From: Planctomycetota bacterium
GTDB lineage: Bacteria; Planctomycetota; SZUA-567; H5-PLA8
Length of the DNA: 64,000 bases
NCBI GenBank assembly: GCA_038227875.1
Contig: JBBRPR010000010.1
Location: forward strand, 96,001-160,000
Direction: 5' to 3'
The notes under the pieces: model-generated
The model's database searches: none
The model's input: only the letters and a program-made list of their open reading frames with translations
Told to the model about the DNA's origin: nothing
Made by a program: the position numbers and the translations under genes
In this document: piece by piece, positions 1-10,156 of the stretch
How positions within the stretch are numbered: position 1 is the first letter of the stretch
Layout of the letters: the number at the start of each line of letters is the position of its first letter

Positions 1-1241
1 CGATCCTTCAGGCCAAAGACGTTTGCTGCGACTTCAGGAATTAATACCGTGTATGTGGATTCGGTTGTTCCAGCCTGTTCGGTCATCGGCACCGCAGGCG
101 CGCCTCCGATGGGGCTCAGATCGATTTCGACCTTGGCGCCCTTCGCCGCCACGCAACTGAATGTCACCGCGCCTTCTCCGGCGACGACGGCCGGTGGTTG
201 TGCGGCGACATGCGCGATCAGCTTGTGCTCAATGCCGGTGCCTCGATAGAGTTTGTCGTTGATGCACGCGTAAAGCACCGCGCCGTCGGCATTGACGCTC
301 ATCCCAGCGCCATCGGTGACCCACTCACCGACGTAAAGCCCCGTGTTCAATTTCTTCCAGGTTTTGAAACCATCGCTCGACGTCAGCACGCCTTCCTTGT
401 TCGGTTCGTAAATGTACTGCGCTTCGGTGAGCGACGAGGTGTAGCCGGCAGCCATGGAAACAACATAGATCTCCGGCGGACCGGCGTCGGTCTTCGTCAC
501 GCCGAAATCGTCGGAGAGTTTGATGCCCGCGTCAGCCGTGCCCAACCACATGCGCGAACCGAAAAGACTTTCGTTCATTGCGCTTGGCGTGTCCACGCAA
601 ACGCGGAACGAGCCACGGGTGGGATCGAGCCGGAAAAATCCGACTTCATCACCGCCCGCCGGATGCGCGCCGGCGAGGAAGATCGTGGATTCGACGAAGA
701 TCATGCGATCAACGCCGTAGTCTTTGGCGAGGGTCTGCCAGGTTTTGCCGCCATCGTTTGAAACGGAGATGCCGGCCTTCGCGGCGGAGTGCATCGCATA
801 AAGCGTTTTGAACGAGGAGTCGAAGCGGCTGAAGACCAGGCCGTGAATGTGTAGATGCGCCAGCCCGGCCTCGGTGCCGCCGAGCTTGCTCCAGGCGGAG
901 CCTTCGTTCGTGCTCAGAAAAACGCCACTGCTGGCGGTGCCGGCATAAAGCGTTGCGGGCTGCGATGGATCGATGAGCAGCGTGGTGACGTTTTTTAACT
1001 CGGGGTTTACGGGCAGCGCTTTAAATGTCTTTCCGCCGTCTTTGCTGAGCGAGAAGTGATCGGTGCTCCAGACGAAAATCGTATCAGCGTCAACCTCGGA
1101 CGGGAAGACTTTCCGGGCCGGACCGCCTGTCTCGACCACGCTCCAGCGGAATGGGTCGGCAACTACCGGCTCCGATGAGCGGGCAGAATTCGTGAGAAGA
1201 AGTGGGAGAATCGCAGCGCAGCAGAGGAGACGTCGGATCAT
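1..1241 (-). CDS. Secreted BNR/Asp-box repeat beta-propeller protein (3' end runs off the window)
   Basis: Absent from the ORF track; translated by hand and open from ATG at 1241 to the window edge. MIRRLLCCAAILPLLL signal peptide; Asp-box motifs SKDGGKTF, STNEGSAW, SNDGGKTW, SDDFGVT, SSDGFKTW. Confidence 0.85.
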   Translation of the reverse strand, partial: MIRRLLCCAAILPLLLTNSARSSEPVVADPFRWSVVETGGPARKVFPSEVDADTIFVWSTDHFSLSKDGGKTFKALPVNPELKNVTTLLIDPSQPATLYAGTASSGVFLSTNEGSAWSKLGGTEAGLAHLHIHGLVFSRFDSSFKTLYAMHSAAKAGISVSNDGGKTWQTLAKDYGVDRMIFVESTIFLAGAHPAGGDEVGFFRLDPTRGSFRVCVDTPSAMNESLFGSRMWLGTADAGIKLSDDFGVTKTDAGPPEIYVVSMAAGYTSSLTEAQYIYEPNKEGVLTSSDGFKTWKKLNTGLYVGEWVTDGAGMSVNADGAVLYACINDKLYRGTGIEHKLIAHVAAQPPAVVAGEGAVTFSCVAAKGAKVEIDLSPIGGAPAVPMTEQAGTTESTYTVLIPEVAANVFGLKD

Positions 1242-1261
1242 CGATACACCAAGGCAGTAAA

Positions 1262-2248
1262 TCAGGGTTTTCCGAGCACGACCGTGCGCGCGATATTTCC
1301 TTCGCCGTCTTTCGTGGGAAGTGGGGCCGGCTCCTTGCCGTCCTCAAAAATTGTCGACGGCACGCCATCTCCGTTATCTTCAAGACCGGCAACTTCGGTG
1401 AGCACGCGCCGGCCGTACCATCCGTCGAGCACTTCCTGATTGTTGTTGGCCTTCTGTGGCTCGGCGCCACCGGGAGTCAATTCTCGTTCTGGATAGAACT
1501 TCTTGTACAGTGCCTGAAAGTCCTTGCCATGGACGGTCGTAACTTTCTTTTCAGCGAATTGATTCTGATAAAAATGCGTCGTCTCCATCGTCGCATGATT
1601 GAAGGCTTCGAGAAGATTTGTATTTCCTGTTTCGAGCGCGCGGAGAAAGAATTCGCAGAAGTACGTCTGGCTGCGTTGCCCGATCGTGGCGGCGGCGGTA
1701 ATGGTGATGCGGTTTTTTCCCATCATCGTTTTGGTAAATGCCGCGCTGGCTGCAGCCGTATCAATGCAGATGAGCAGCTTGGCTTTCAATCCTTCCAGCT
1801 CGCGCGCGACGTCGGTGTCGGTGAGATCCTTGCCGGGCAGACAAAGCTTGCTCAAGCCTTGCGAATCGTAGCCGTCGCCGATCAAGACAAGAACGACCTG
1901 GTCGTCGGCGCGACTTTCCTTCACCAATGTGGCGAGCGCCGATTTCACGTTCTCCAGACTCGCGGTCTCTGCGGCAGGGACAGTGGACAGCTCAGGCGTG
2001 AGAGGACGCACGGGATTGAGGTCGCCGGGCTTGCCGGGACTGCGCAGCATGCGAATGTTCTCGGCCTTAAAGCCGCACTTCGTCTGCAGCGCGGATTTCC
2101 AGCGCGTGGCCCAGTCGGTGAAGCGTTCCGCGGCGCTGTTGCTCTCGCCGGGGTCGCCGGCGACGATCAGCGCGCGGCATTCGGAAGCTCGCGTGCTGCC
2201 AACGGTGAGCAGCAGTGCGAGAAGTGTGGCGAGTCGGCGGACGATCAT
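1262..2248 (-). CDS. Secreted caspase-like (clan CD/C13-like) fold protein, catalytic dyad apparently lost
   Basis: Signal peptide; RALIVAG...QVVLVLIGDG...CIDTAAASAAF...ITITAA pattern; the His-Gly site reads Asp-Gly and the nucleophile site is Ala. Confidence 0.6.
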   Translation of the reverse strand: MIVRRLATLLALLLTVGSTRASECRALIVAGDPGESNSAAERFTDWATRWKSALQTKCGFKAENIRMLRSPGKPGDLNPVRPLTPELSTVPAAETASLENVKSALATLVKESRADDQVVLVLIGDGYDSQGLSKLCLPGKDLTDTDVARELEGLKAKLLICIDTAAASAAFTKTMMGKNRITITAAATIGQRSQTYFCEFFLRALETGNTNLLEAFNHATMETTHFYQNQFAEKKVTTVHGKDFQALYKKFYPERELTPGGAEPQKANNNQEVLDGWYGRRVLTEVAGLEDNGDGVPSTIFEDGKEPAPLPTKDGEGNIARTVVLGKP

Positions 2249-2263
2249 CGCAAGGCAGCTCCG

Positions 2264-3043
2264 TTAGTGCGTAAGACAGTAGACGACAATGTTGACGCCG
2301 AGGTGGATGGAATTTTCGCGATCGAGTCCGGGCAGATTGCCGAAGCCGACCCAGCCGCAGTGAACGTCGCCAGACGTAACCATCGCCATCAGTCGGCCGG
2401 TATCCTTGTCGAACAGTCCCATCGCCGGATGGCGCACGCCCTGACAGTGCGGCGCGCCGTTCATTTTGAAGAAGCAGGTGAAGATTTCGTGATCGTTGGG
2501 AATGGGACGCATCGGATTTTCTGGAAATATTTTTCCCATCTGTTCGACGAATGATTTGTAAAAATCGTCGCCCACCTGGTCGCGCGTGCAGTCGTCCGCG
2601 TAGAGGAATCCTCCTTTTAAGAGGTACTCGCGCGCGGTCTTCATGTTTTTCTCGGAGACACTGAACGCGCCCTCGGAGGTCATGAAGACGAAGGGATATC
2701 GGAACAATTCATCCGGTTTGTCCAGGTTGACCACGATCGGGTCGGTGAGAATGTTGATGTTGCTCATTTTCTTGATCGCGTCGCGCAATTTCTGGTCGCC
2801 CTGCGGCCAGATGTCCCAGGGCTTGTTGACCGGCTTCAAATTTTGAAACTGAAGGCGTGGAAAATAAAACTGGCCGGACTTCACCAGCTCATTGCCGGAA
2901 CCCGGTGCGGCTTTGATCTGCTCACCAAGCTTCTTGTAGTTTTCGGCGGAGTTGGTGCCGGTCGGCGCCGGTCCGGGCGTCTCTTCCGCGCCGGCGAGGC
3001 ACGCGATGCTCAGCAGTGTCGCGATCAGAATAATCCTGCTCAT
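2264..3043 (-). CDS. DUF4159 domain secreted protein
   Basis: ATGA overlap with the upstream stop at 3040-3043; signal peptide; YPFVFMT...YLLKGGFLYADDC...HEIF...LGVNIVVYCLT. Confidence 0.85.
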   Translation of the reverse strand: MSRIILIATLLSIACLAGAEETPGPAPTGTNSAENYKKLGEQIKAAPGSGNELVKSGQFYFPRLQFQNLKPVNKPWDIWPQGDQKLRDAIKKMSNINILTDPIVVNLDKPDELFRYPFVFMTSEGAFSVSEKNMKTAREYLLKGGFLYADDCTRDQVGDDFYKSFVEQMGKIFPENPMRPIPNDHEIFTCFFKMNGAPHCQGVRHPAMGLFDKDTGRLMAMVTSGDVHCGWVGFGNLPGLDRENSIHLGVNIVVYCLTH

Positions 3044-5313
3044 GCCAGTCCGCTCCTTCTCCTCAAAAACCATTCGGCGATCCACGCGGCGGCAATCAGC
3101 AGCAGCAGGACCGGCGCATCGCGGAGATCGCGCTCTTCGACCAGGTCGAGCAGCTTCTGCTTTTCGGAGACCTGCTTGAGAATCGCGGCGACGGCTTTGT
3201 CGGCGTTGGCTTCGAGGTCCAGCGTGCCATTGCCGGCCGCGGCGATCTGGCGCAGAGCGGCTGTATCCATCGACGTGTGAGCGAATTCGACGGAGGATTC
3301 GACGGCGGAGAAGGACGTGCTTTTCTCCAGCGTATTTCCGGCGAGTGTTGCGGTGACCGTAACGGCGAAATCTCCCTTGTCGGCAGGGCGGTAGGTGGCT
3401 TGGTAAACGCCGTCCTCGCTAAGAATCCAAGGGAGCGAAAGTTCGTCGGTATTGCCGAATGGATCTTTGATCTTCGCCACAACTTTCGCGTCGTTGGACG
3501 GGCGATGCGTTTTGTCGAGCACCTGCGCGGTCAGCACCAGCGGCTGGTGAACATTGATCGTGTCGCGATCGGTGCCGAGTGTCAGCATTTCCTTGGAGCC
3601 GACAGCCAGCCAGCGCATCATCTGCGACCAGAAGCGGCGGAACGAATCGTCGTCGAGCGGGCGGAGCATGCGCCAGCGCCAGGAATTGGCCGGCGCAAAT
3701 GCGGCGGTGCGTCCGGCGCCCACATCTTGAACGGCGAGCAGCACGCCGTTGGCGCCATTCGGACCGGGTCGTGAATCCGTGGCGAGCACGCGCGCGCCGG
3801 CCTTGGCCTTGAAGAGTGGATTCACGCCGCGCAGCGCAGGCATCAGATTCCACTGCGCGAGATTCTCCGACGCTTCACCGGACAGTCGCAGCACTTCGTG
3901 GGTGGCGCCTTCCTTGGTGATCTGAAATGCGAACTCGCTGTCGTCGAACGCGGGAGCGACATGCTCAACATTGAGTGAAACGGGCAGCAGCGCGGCGATT
4001 GGCGTGTCCTGGTATCCGCCGAGATTGAACGAATTCACTCCGCCGAGCATCAGTAGTCCGCCGCCGCGGATTTTTACGAAGTCGGAGATCAGCTGCAATT
4101 GCGCCGGCTTGAAGTACGACGCTTCAATGTCGCTCAAAATGATCGCCTTGAAGCGTCCGAGCTCTTCGGCGGTCTCGGGAAATCCCTGCGTCAGCATGCT
4201 GCTCGTGTCGCCGCTCTGATAATAGTGGCCCTTGCCAATGCGGACGAGGCTGATCACTTTGAATTGTTTGTCGTTCCACATTTCGCGGCGGATGTACGCG
4301 AATTCGTGGCGCGGCGAGCCTTCGACGATCAGGATTTCGACACGCGTTTCTTCAACCTGCATCTGAAAGACGCGCTTGTTGTTGTCGAGGTTCACTTCGC
4401 CGGCAACCTTGGGCAGCTCCAGGCGGTACGATTGCGCGCCTTCCTTTTCCGGTAGCACTTTGACCGTGACCAGCACCGGTTCGCCGTTGAGCGACGGCGG
4501 CACGGTGACGGCTTTGATGAAATTGACGTCCTGGTAGAGATCGACTTCGAGCGGGCCGGCGTAACTGCCACGCTGGACCATTACGTTGACGTCGACCAGC
4601 GCACCGCAGGACGCTTTGCGTGGCGCGTGCACGGCCAGAATTTCGACGTCCGGCGCTGTGGAAACGTCGCCGATGCCGATCGCATGGACTGTCGCGCCGC
4701 GCGAGGCGACGTAGCGCGCCATCGCGGTGGCGTCACCGCTGGTGGTATCGACGCCGTCGGTGAGCAACACGGCCGCTTCGAGCGGCACGCCGCGCGTCGA
4801 TTGCGTCATGTCCTTCAGCGCGCCGGAGAGATTGGTGCCGTCGTCGGTGGGTTCAAGCGTCGCGAGGTCTTCCGGCTTGATCAGCCGGGTGTTGCTGCCG
4901 AACGCGAAGACGCGGACTTCCGTCGCACCGCTCAGGCGGCTTAGGATTCCGCTCTTGCCCGAGAGCAAATCGCGGGCGCGCGAAAAACGGCTGCCGCTTC
5001 CGGCGCTCAGACCCATGCTCTTGGACGCGTCGATGCCGACCACCACCACGCCGTCGCTCTTCTCCTTCTTATGCAGCTTCAATTGCGGGCCGAGAATCGC
5101 GACGAGCAAGAGCGCCAGACCGGTGATGCGTAACGCCGCCAGCGCAGTGCGCTTGCGCCGCGTCAGCTGTGCTTCGCGCCGGTACATCCAGACGATGCCG
5201 GCGGTCAGCGCGGCAAGCCCAAGCAGCACCAGCTCAATGCGCGGTGAAAAGTTAAACCCGAATTCGGCATCGCGGTAGACCGACAACGGGTATTTGAAGA
5301 GCCATTCGAACAC
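3040..5313 (-). CDS. Membrane vWA + class I glutamine-amidotransferase-like domain protein
   Basis: N-terminal TM helices, MIDAS DASKS, LLTDG, GGGLLMLGG..SF..GGY, WRW...FWSQMMRWL, C-terminal TM with EWFLRR. Confidence 0.85.
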   Translation of the reverse strand: MFEWLFKYPLSVYRDAEFGFNFSPRIELVLLGLAALTAGIVWMYRREAQLTRRKRTALAALRITGLALLLVAILGPQLKLHKKEKSDGVVVVGIDASKSMGLSAGSGSRFSRARDLLSGKSGILSRLSGATEVRVFAFGSNTRLIKPEDLATLEPTDDGTNLSGALKDMTQSTRGVPLEAAVLLTDGVDTTSGDATAMARYVASRGATVHAIGIGDVSTAPDVEILAVHAPRKASCGALVDVNVMVQRGSYAGPLEVDLYQDVNFIKAVTVPPSLNGEPVLVTVKVLPEKEGAQSYRLELPKVAGEVNLDNNKRVFQMQVEETRVEILIVEGSPRHEFAYIRREMWNDKQFKVISLVRIGKGHYYQSGDTSSMLTQGFPETAEELGRFKAIILSDIEASYFKPAQLQLISDFVKIRGGGLLMLGGVNSFNLGGYQDTPIAALLPVSLNVEHVAPAFDDSEFAFQITKEGATHEVLRLSGEASENLAQWNLMPALRGVNPLFKAKAGARVLATDSRPGPNGANGVLLAVQDVGAGRTAAFAPANSWRWRMLRPLDDDSFRRFWSQMMRWLAVGSKEMLTLGTDRDTINVHQPLVLTAQVLDKTHRPSNDAKVVAKIKDPFGNTDELSLPWILSEDGVYQATYRPADKGDFAVTVTATLAGNTLEKSTSFSAVESSVEFAHTSMDTAALRQIAAAGNGTLDLEANADKAVAAILKQVSEKQKLLDLVEERDLRDAPVLLLLIAAAWIAEWFLRRRSGLA

Positions 5314-5331
5314 AGGTTGCCTCGCTGACGG

Positions 5332-7827
5332 TTACTTGCCGTTCTCGGATTTCGACAATTCTTCATAGTACGCCGCAACGGCGGGCTTGTAGGCACCGGG
5401 GACTTCGTCCTTGCGGAAGTTTTTCATTGCCTTGGATTCTTTTTCTTTCTCGATCTTCTGCGAGAGACCCGCTTCCAGCTTTTCGACATTCGAGAGCATC
5501 GCCTGAACCTGCGCGATGCTGCGTTCGTAATCGCGTTCGAACGCGGGATCTTTTTTAGCGAGCTCTTCCATCATCTTTGCGGTGGCGGGATCGTTCTTGG
5601 CCAATCGCGACGTGACCTTCAGTAACTCAGCATTGAGCTGCTTGTTGGATGCGTTGAGGACCTGGCCCCAACTCGCGGTGACTTCCGAGTGCGGCGCATC
5701 CTTGCCGTTCTCGCTCTTCTGGCCACCTTCGCCCTTTTCGTTTTTGTCGCCGTTCTTTTCGCCATTTTGCGCGGCGGTCTTGTCCGGCTCGCCGGCGCCA
5801 TTTTTCTCACCGCCTTCGGGTTTTGCGGTGCTGGGATTGGCGCCGTTCTTGTCCTGACCTGCTGCCCCCGGATTTTTTGGATCCGGCTTTGCCGCCAAAT
5901 CGGTCTTTCCCTTTTCGCCGGGCGCCGGATCACCTTTATTTGTGCCCTTCGCTTCGACGGCGTCGTTCGCTCCGCCAGCATTCTTCTGCCCACTGTTGGG
6001 TTCGGCCTTGCCGTTGGGGTCCGCTTTCGCGTTGGGGTTAGCCTGTCCGTTGGCCGCCGCGGCCTTGGCGTTCTGTTCGAGGCGGCGCAGGCCGGCGGCG
6101 AGTTCCTTCAACGTATTGAAATCGCGCTCCAGTTTGTGATCGTCTCCACCCGCCAGCGCGTTGTCCGCGGCGTCGAGACGCCGCTGAACCGTGTTGAGTG
6201 TGCTCTGAACCTTGGCCATCGCGGTCGCGGCGCCTTCGGTATCGCCTTCGCCGAGCTTCATCGTCGCGTCGACGGTCGCCTGCTTGGTCTTGCCGCGGGC
6301 GAGGTCCTTCTCTGCCTTGCCGAGTTCTTCGCGCGCGGCGTTTTCGGCGGTGTGCGCGTTGCCGGCCTTGCTGGCGTCGGCGTTGCCGCGAGCTTGCGCC
6401 AGATCCTTCATCGTGGATTGCAGTTCTTCGATTTGAGGTTTCAGCTTGGATTGTTCGAGCATCAACGCGTTCTGGCGATCCTTCTTGACGCTGTCGGGAA
6501 CCGGCGCGCCGCTGGCGTCTTTTCCGGCCTGCTGCGCCTGCCCCAGAATTTTCTGCTGCTGATCCTGAAGCTTCTCGACTTTCTTCTTGATGCCGTTGAG
6601 TGCTTCTTCCATCGATCCGGTGCCGGCCATGCCTGCGTCTTTCAGCGCGTCGTTGATGCGCCGTTCGGCGTCCGCGCTGGCGGCGGCGGCCTGGGTGAGA
6701 TCATTTTTCTCCACAAGATCGGCGACGTGATCGGCAGCCGCGGCGGCCTGGCGGAATTTGTTGGCGAGCTTATTGTTGTCCGCGCCTTTCAACTGCGCGT
6801 ACTGGTTGGCCAGGTCGTTGAGCGCGCGGGCGATGGCTTTTTCCTTCGCGGACACATTTTGAGCCGTGGATGGCGCGTTCTTGCCAGCGGGGTCGGCCTG
6901 ACCCTGCGGGTCGGCATTGGCTGGGTTCGCGGCATTGGCGTCGGGCTTGCCCGCGTTCGCCTGTTTGGGATCGGCGGGATTGGGCTGCCCGCCGTTGGCA
7001 TTGGGTGGGGGCGTGGTGCCGTTCGGCGTTTCCGGTTTGCCCTGCGGATTTGCTTGCGGCGCGCCGGCATTCGCGGCGGCATTGGGCTGCTGATCGGGTT
7101 TGGCGTTGGGATCCTTTGGCGCATTCGGGTCGGCTTGGCCGGCTGCCGCTGCGGCAGCGGGATTTTGTTCCGGTTTCTGATTCTTATCCGGGTTCGGATT
7201 GCCCGCGGCGTGGGCTGGCGGCGGAGCAGCCTGCGACTGGTCGGGCCCGGGCATGACGATCTTGCGGATGTTCTCGTCTTCTTTTGTCTTTGGTTTTTCC
7301 GGGGCGCCTGGTTTTGCCGCGGCAGCCATGCCCTGAATTTCGATCGTGACAGTCTTCTGTTCCGCGTCGATTTTCTTCGCGGCTTCTTCGGTCTGCTGGA
7401 TCAACTTCCGCTTGTACAAACCATTGTCGACGCTATCCGGCGCTCCAGTGCCGGAAGCCAGACCGACCTCGACGATCTGCTCCATGTCACCGGAGGCATC
7501 GACCTTGTCAAAGGGCGTGCCCTTTTCATTTCCCATTGCGACGCCGGCCATCAGCGGCTCACTGCCCTTTAGTGTATTAAGGTGTTGCGAGATCTCGAAG
7601 GCCTTGCGCAGTTCCGCGACCGCTTCGTCGGGTTTGTGGCCGTCGACCAACAGACGGTAGCCTTTTTCGAGCGACTCGTTGGCGGAATCCAGTTCGGCCT
7701 GCTGTTCAGGCGTCAACACGACATGTTTGGGGCCCTTCATTTTTTTGACTGGTGATGGCGGAGCGTCTTCAGCGTGAAGCGCTCCGGTGGCGAGTGCCGC
7801 CAGCATGAATGCCATAACTTTTTTCAT
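5332..7827 (-). CDS. Secreted low-complexity coiled-coil protein resembling the C-terminal half of DUF4175-type proteins
   Basis: Signal peptide MKKVMAFMLAALATGALHA; Q/N/P/A-rich linkers, coiled coils; terminal VPGAYKPAVAAYYEEL motif. Confidence 0.65.
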   Translation of the reverse strand: MKKVMAFMLAALATGALHAEDAPPSPVKKMKGPKHVVLTPEQQAELDSANESLEKGYRLLVDGHKPDEAVAELRKAFEISQHLNTLKGSEPLMAGVAMGNEKGTPFDKVDASGDMEQIVEVGLASGTGAPDSVDNGLYKRKLIQQTEEAAKKIDAEQKTVTIEIQGMAAAAKPGAPEKPKTKEDENIRKIVMPGPDQSQAAPPPAHAAGNPNPDKNQKPEQNPAAAAAAGQADPNAPKDPNAKPDQQPNAAANAGAPQANPQGKPETPNGTTPPPNANGGQPNPADPKQANAGKPDANAANPANADPQGQADPAGKNAPSTAQNVSAKEKAIARALNDLANQYAQLKGADNNKLANKFRQAAAAADHVADLVEKNDLTQAAAASADAERRINDALKDAGMAGTGSMEEALNGIKKKVEKLQDQQQKILGQAQQAGKDASGAPVPDSVKKDRQNALMLEQSKLKPQIEELQSTMKDLAQARGNADASKAGNAHTAENAAREELGKAEKDLARGKTKQATVDATMKLGEGDTEGAATAMAKVQSTLNTVQRRLDAADNALAGGDDHKLERDFNTLKELAAGLRRLEQNAKAAAANGQANPNAKADPNGKAEPNSGQKNAGGANDAVEAKGTNKGDPAPGEKGKTDLAAKPDPKNPGAAGQDKNGANPSTAKPEGGEKNGAGEPDKTAAQNGEKNGDKNEKGEGGQKSENGKDAPHSEVTASWGQVLNASNKQLNAELLKVTSRLAKNDPATAKMMEELAKKDPAFERDYERSIAQVQAMLSNVEKLEAGLSQKIEKEKESKAMKNFRKDEVPGAYKPAVAAYYEELSKSENGK

Positions 7828-8030
7828 CGACGATCCTCAAGGGCAAATATGCGTGTGATGCGGCGAAAAAGCCGGTACTCGACATAAACTTCAAACGCTC
7901 GAAGTGTCGATTAAAAACGATCCTAAAAAACACCTGTCTCACAGGCGAGACTCTTGAAATTGATTCTGCTCAATTGATCTGGCGGGGGTAGTCCACTTTG
8001 CGCCCGTAAATTCAACGCGCGGAGGTGACC

Positions 8031-9029
8031 ATGGCAGAAGCTGACCCGGGTATTCTGAAAGAAATCGCCGAATTCCGCGACGACATGCGGGAGGCGCTGA
8101 GCGAGGTGATCGTCGGCCAGCCGGAAGCAATCGATCACGTGCTCGTCGCTTTTCTCACCGGCGGCCACGTGCTGCTCACCGGCGGCGCGGCGACCGCGAA
8201 GGGACTGCTCGTACAATGCATGTCCAAAGTCGCGAACCTGGGCTTCAAGCGCATTCAGTTTACTCCCGATTTGATGCCTTCCGACATCACCGGCTCGGAA
8301 GTGCTCGAAGACAACGCGGGCGCGAAATCCGAAGGACGCAGCACGCGCTTTGTCTCCGGCCCGATCTTTACCAATCTGCTGCTCGCCGACGAAATCAATC
8401 GCACGCCGCCGAAGACTCAGGCCGCGCTGCTGGAAGCGATGCAGGAAAAACAAGTCACCAGCGGTGGCGTCACGCGTCCGCTGCCGGCTCCATTTTTCGT
8501 GATGGCCACCAAGACGTCCGTCGAAACCGACGGCACGTACGCCCTCCCCGAAGCGCAGCAGGATCGTTTCATGCTCAACGTCGAGATGATTCCACTGAGC
8601 GAAGAAGAGGAAATGCGGGTGGTGCTCGAAGATCCCGCGACGTTTCTTGACGAACTGACCGAGATCATCGACGGACCGGGCTTGATCCGTTTTCAGCAAG
8701 CCGTGCGCGCCGTTGAAATTCCCAAAGCGGTGCAGAAATACATCGTCGACCTCAGCGGCGCGTCGCGACCGAACATGCCGGGCGGCGCGGCGGCGATCAC
8801 CAAATACGTGGCGTGGGGTGCCGGCGTGCGTGCGACGCAGTGTCTGGCGCTGGGCTGCAAAGCGCGCGCGGCGATGGAAGGCCGCAAGGCGGCGACAAGC
8901 GCTGATGTCAAAGCCGTCGCACTGCCGGTGATGCGTCACCGCATCGGCGTAAATTTCCGCGCGGAGAACGAAGGCATTACGTCGTCGAAGCTGGTCGGCA
9001 TGTTGATCGAGAGCGTCAAGGCTCCCTGA
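8031..9029 (+). CDS. MoxR-family AAA+ ATPase, degenerate paralog
   Basis: GGAGG RBS; RIQFTPDLMPSDITG and LLADEINRTPPKTQAALLEAMQE intact, but Walker A is GGAATAKG and the ATQNP motif is ATKTS. Confidence 0.9.
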   Translation: MAEADPGILKEIAEFRDDMREALSEVIVGQPEAIDHVLVAFLTGGHVLLTGGAATAKGLLVQCMSKVANLGFKRIQFTPDLMPSDITGSEVLEDNAGAKSEGRSTRFVSGPIFTNLLLADEINRTPPKTQAALLEAMQEKQVTSGGVTRPLPAPFFVMATKTSVETDGTYALPEAQQDRFMLNVEMIPLSEEEEMRVVLEDPATFLDELTEIIDGPGLIRFQQAVRAVEIPKAVQKYIVDLSGASRPNMPGGAAAITKYVAWGAGVRATQCLALGCKARAAMEGRKAATSADVKAVALPVMRHRIGVNFRAENEGITSSKLVGMLIESVKAP

Positions 9030-9138
9030 ATTTGCCGATGATTTGGAATCGTCGGCATAAATTTATCCTATGTTCAAAAAGAAACAGTTCGTTGCAAATT
9101 TGTGTGAGTTTTCGTGCGGGTGTTGAGAAGGAGAAACC

Positions 9139-10149
9139 ATGACAGCTCCACAAGCGGCGACCGGCAAGGAAAGCGTGGTGCGCGTGCAGAAAGCGCGCGA
9201 CGCGATTCTGTCGGAAGTTCAGAAGGTCATCATCGGGCAGCACGACATTGTCGAAAACGTGCTCACCAGCTTTTTCGCCGGCGGCCACTGCCTGATTACC
9301 GGCGTGCCGGGCCTGGCGAAAACGCTGCTGATCTCCAGTCTCGGCAGCGTGCTGGCGCTGAAATTCAAGCGCATCCAGTTCACGCCCGACCTGATGCCCT
9401 CCGACATCGTTGGCCACGAAATCCTGACTGAAAAAGACGGCAAGCGCGTGCTCTCGTTCGTCAACGGTCCGATCTTCAGCAACATTGTGCTGGCCGACGA
9501 AATCAACCGCACGCCGCCCAAGACGCAAGCCGCGCTGCTCGAAGCGATGCAGGAACATCAAGTCACCAGCGGCGGCATCAGCCGCAAGCTGGAAGAGCCG
9601 TTTTTCGTGCTCGCGACGCAGAATCCGATCGAACAGGAAGGCACCTATCCGCTCCCGCTGGCACAGCAGGATCGCTTCATGTTCAGCCTGATCATCGGCT
9701 ACCCGACACCCGAAGAAGAAATTCAGATTCTCGACAACACCACGTCGAATCGCAAAATCGCATTGAAGTCCGCGATCACCGGGCCGGAATTGTTGGAAGC
9801 GCAGAAGATTGTCCACGCGCTTCCCGTCGCCGCGCCGCTGGCACGTTACGCGGTGCAACTCGCGGCGTCTTCGCGGCCGTACAACAAGGACGCGCCGGAT
9901 TACGTGCGCCAGTACGTCTCGATTGGCGCGAGCTTGCGCGGGTCCCAGTACTTGATTCAAGGCGCGCGAGCCCGGGCCGTGATGGCGGGCCGACTCGCCG
10001 TCTCGCTCGACGACATTCGCGCCGTCTCGACGGCCGTACTGCGCCACCGCATCGTGGTGAATTTCAAGGCTGATGCGGCGAAAGTGAATTCCGACGAAAT
10101 CATCCGTCGTCTGATCGAAACCGTGCCCGCGCCGAAGGCGAAGCTCTAA
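9139..10149 (+). CDS. moxR: MoxR-family AAA+ ATPase
   Basis: GVPGLAKT Walker A, RIQFTPDLMPSD, DEINR Walker B, ATQNPIEQEGTYPLP, VLRHR. Confidence 0.95.
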   Translation: MTAPQAATGKESVVRVQKARDAILSEVQKVIIGQHDIVENVLTSFFAGGHCLITGVPGLAKTLLISSLGSVLALKFKRIQFTPDLMPSDIVGHEILTEKDGKRVLSFVNGPIFSNIVLADEINRTPPKTQAALLEAMQEHQVTSGGISRKLEEPFFVLATQNPIEQEGTYPLPLAQQDRFMFSLIIGYPTPEEEIQILDNTTSNRKIALKSAITGPELLEAQKIVHALPVAAPLARYAVQLAASSRPYNKDAPDYVRQYVSIGASLRGSQYLIQGARARAVMAGRLAVSLDDIRAVSTAVLRHRIVVNFKADAAKVNSDEIIRRLIETVPAPKAKL

Positions 10150-10156
10150 AAAGGTA

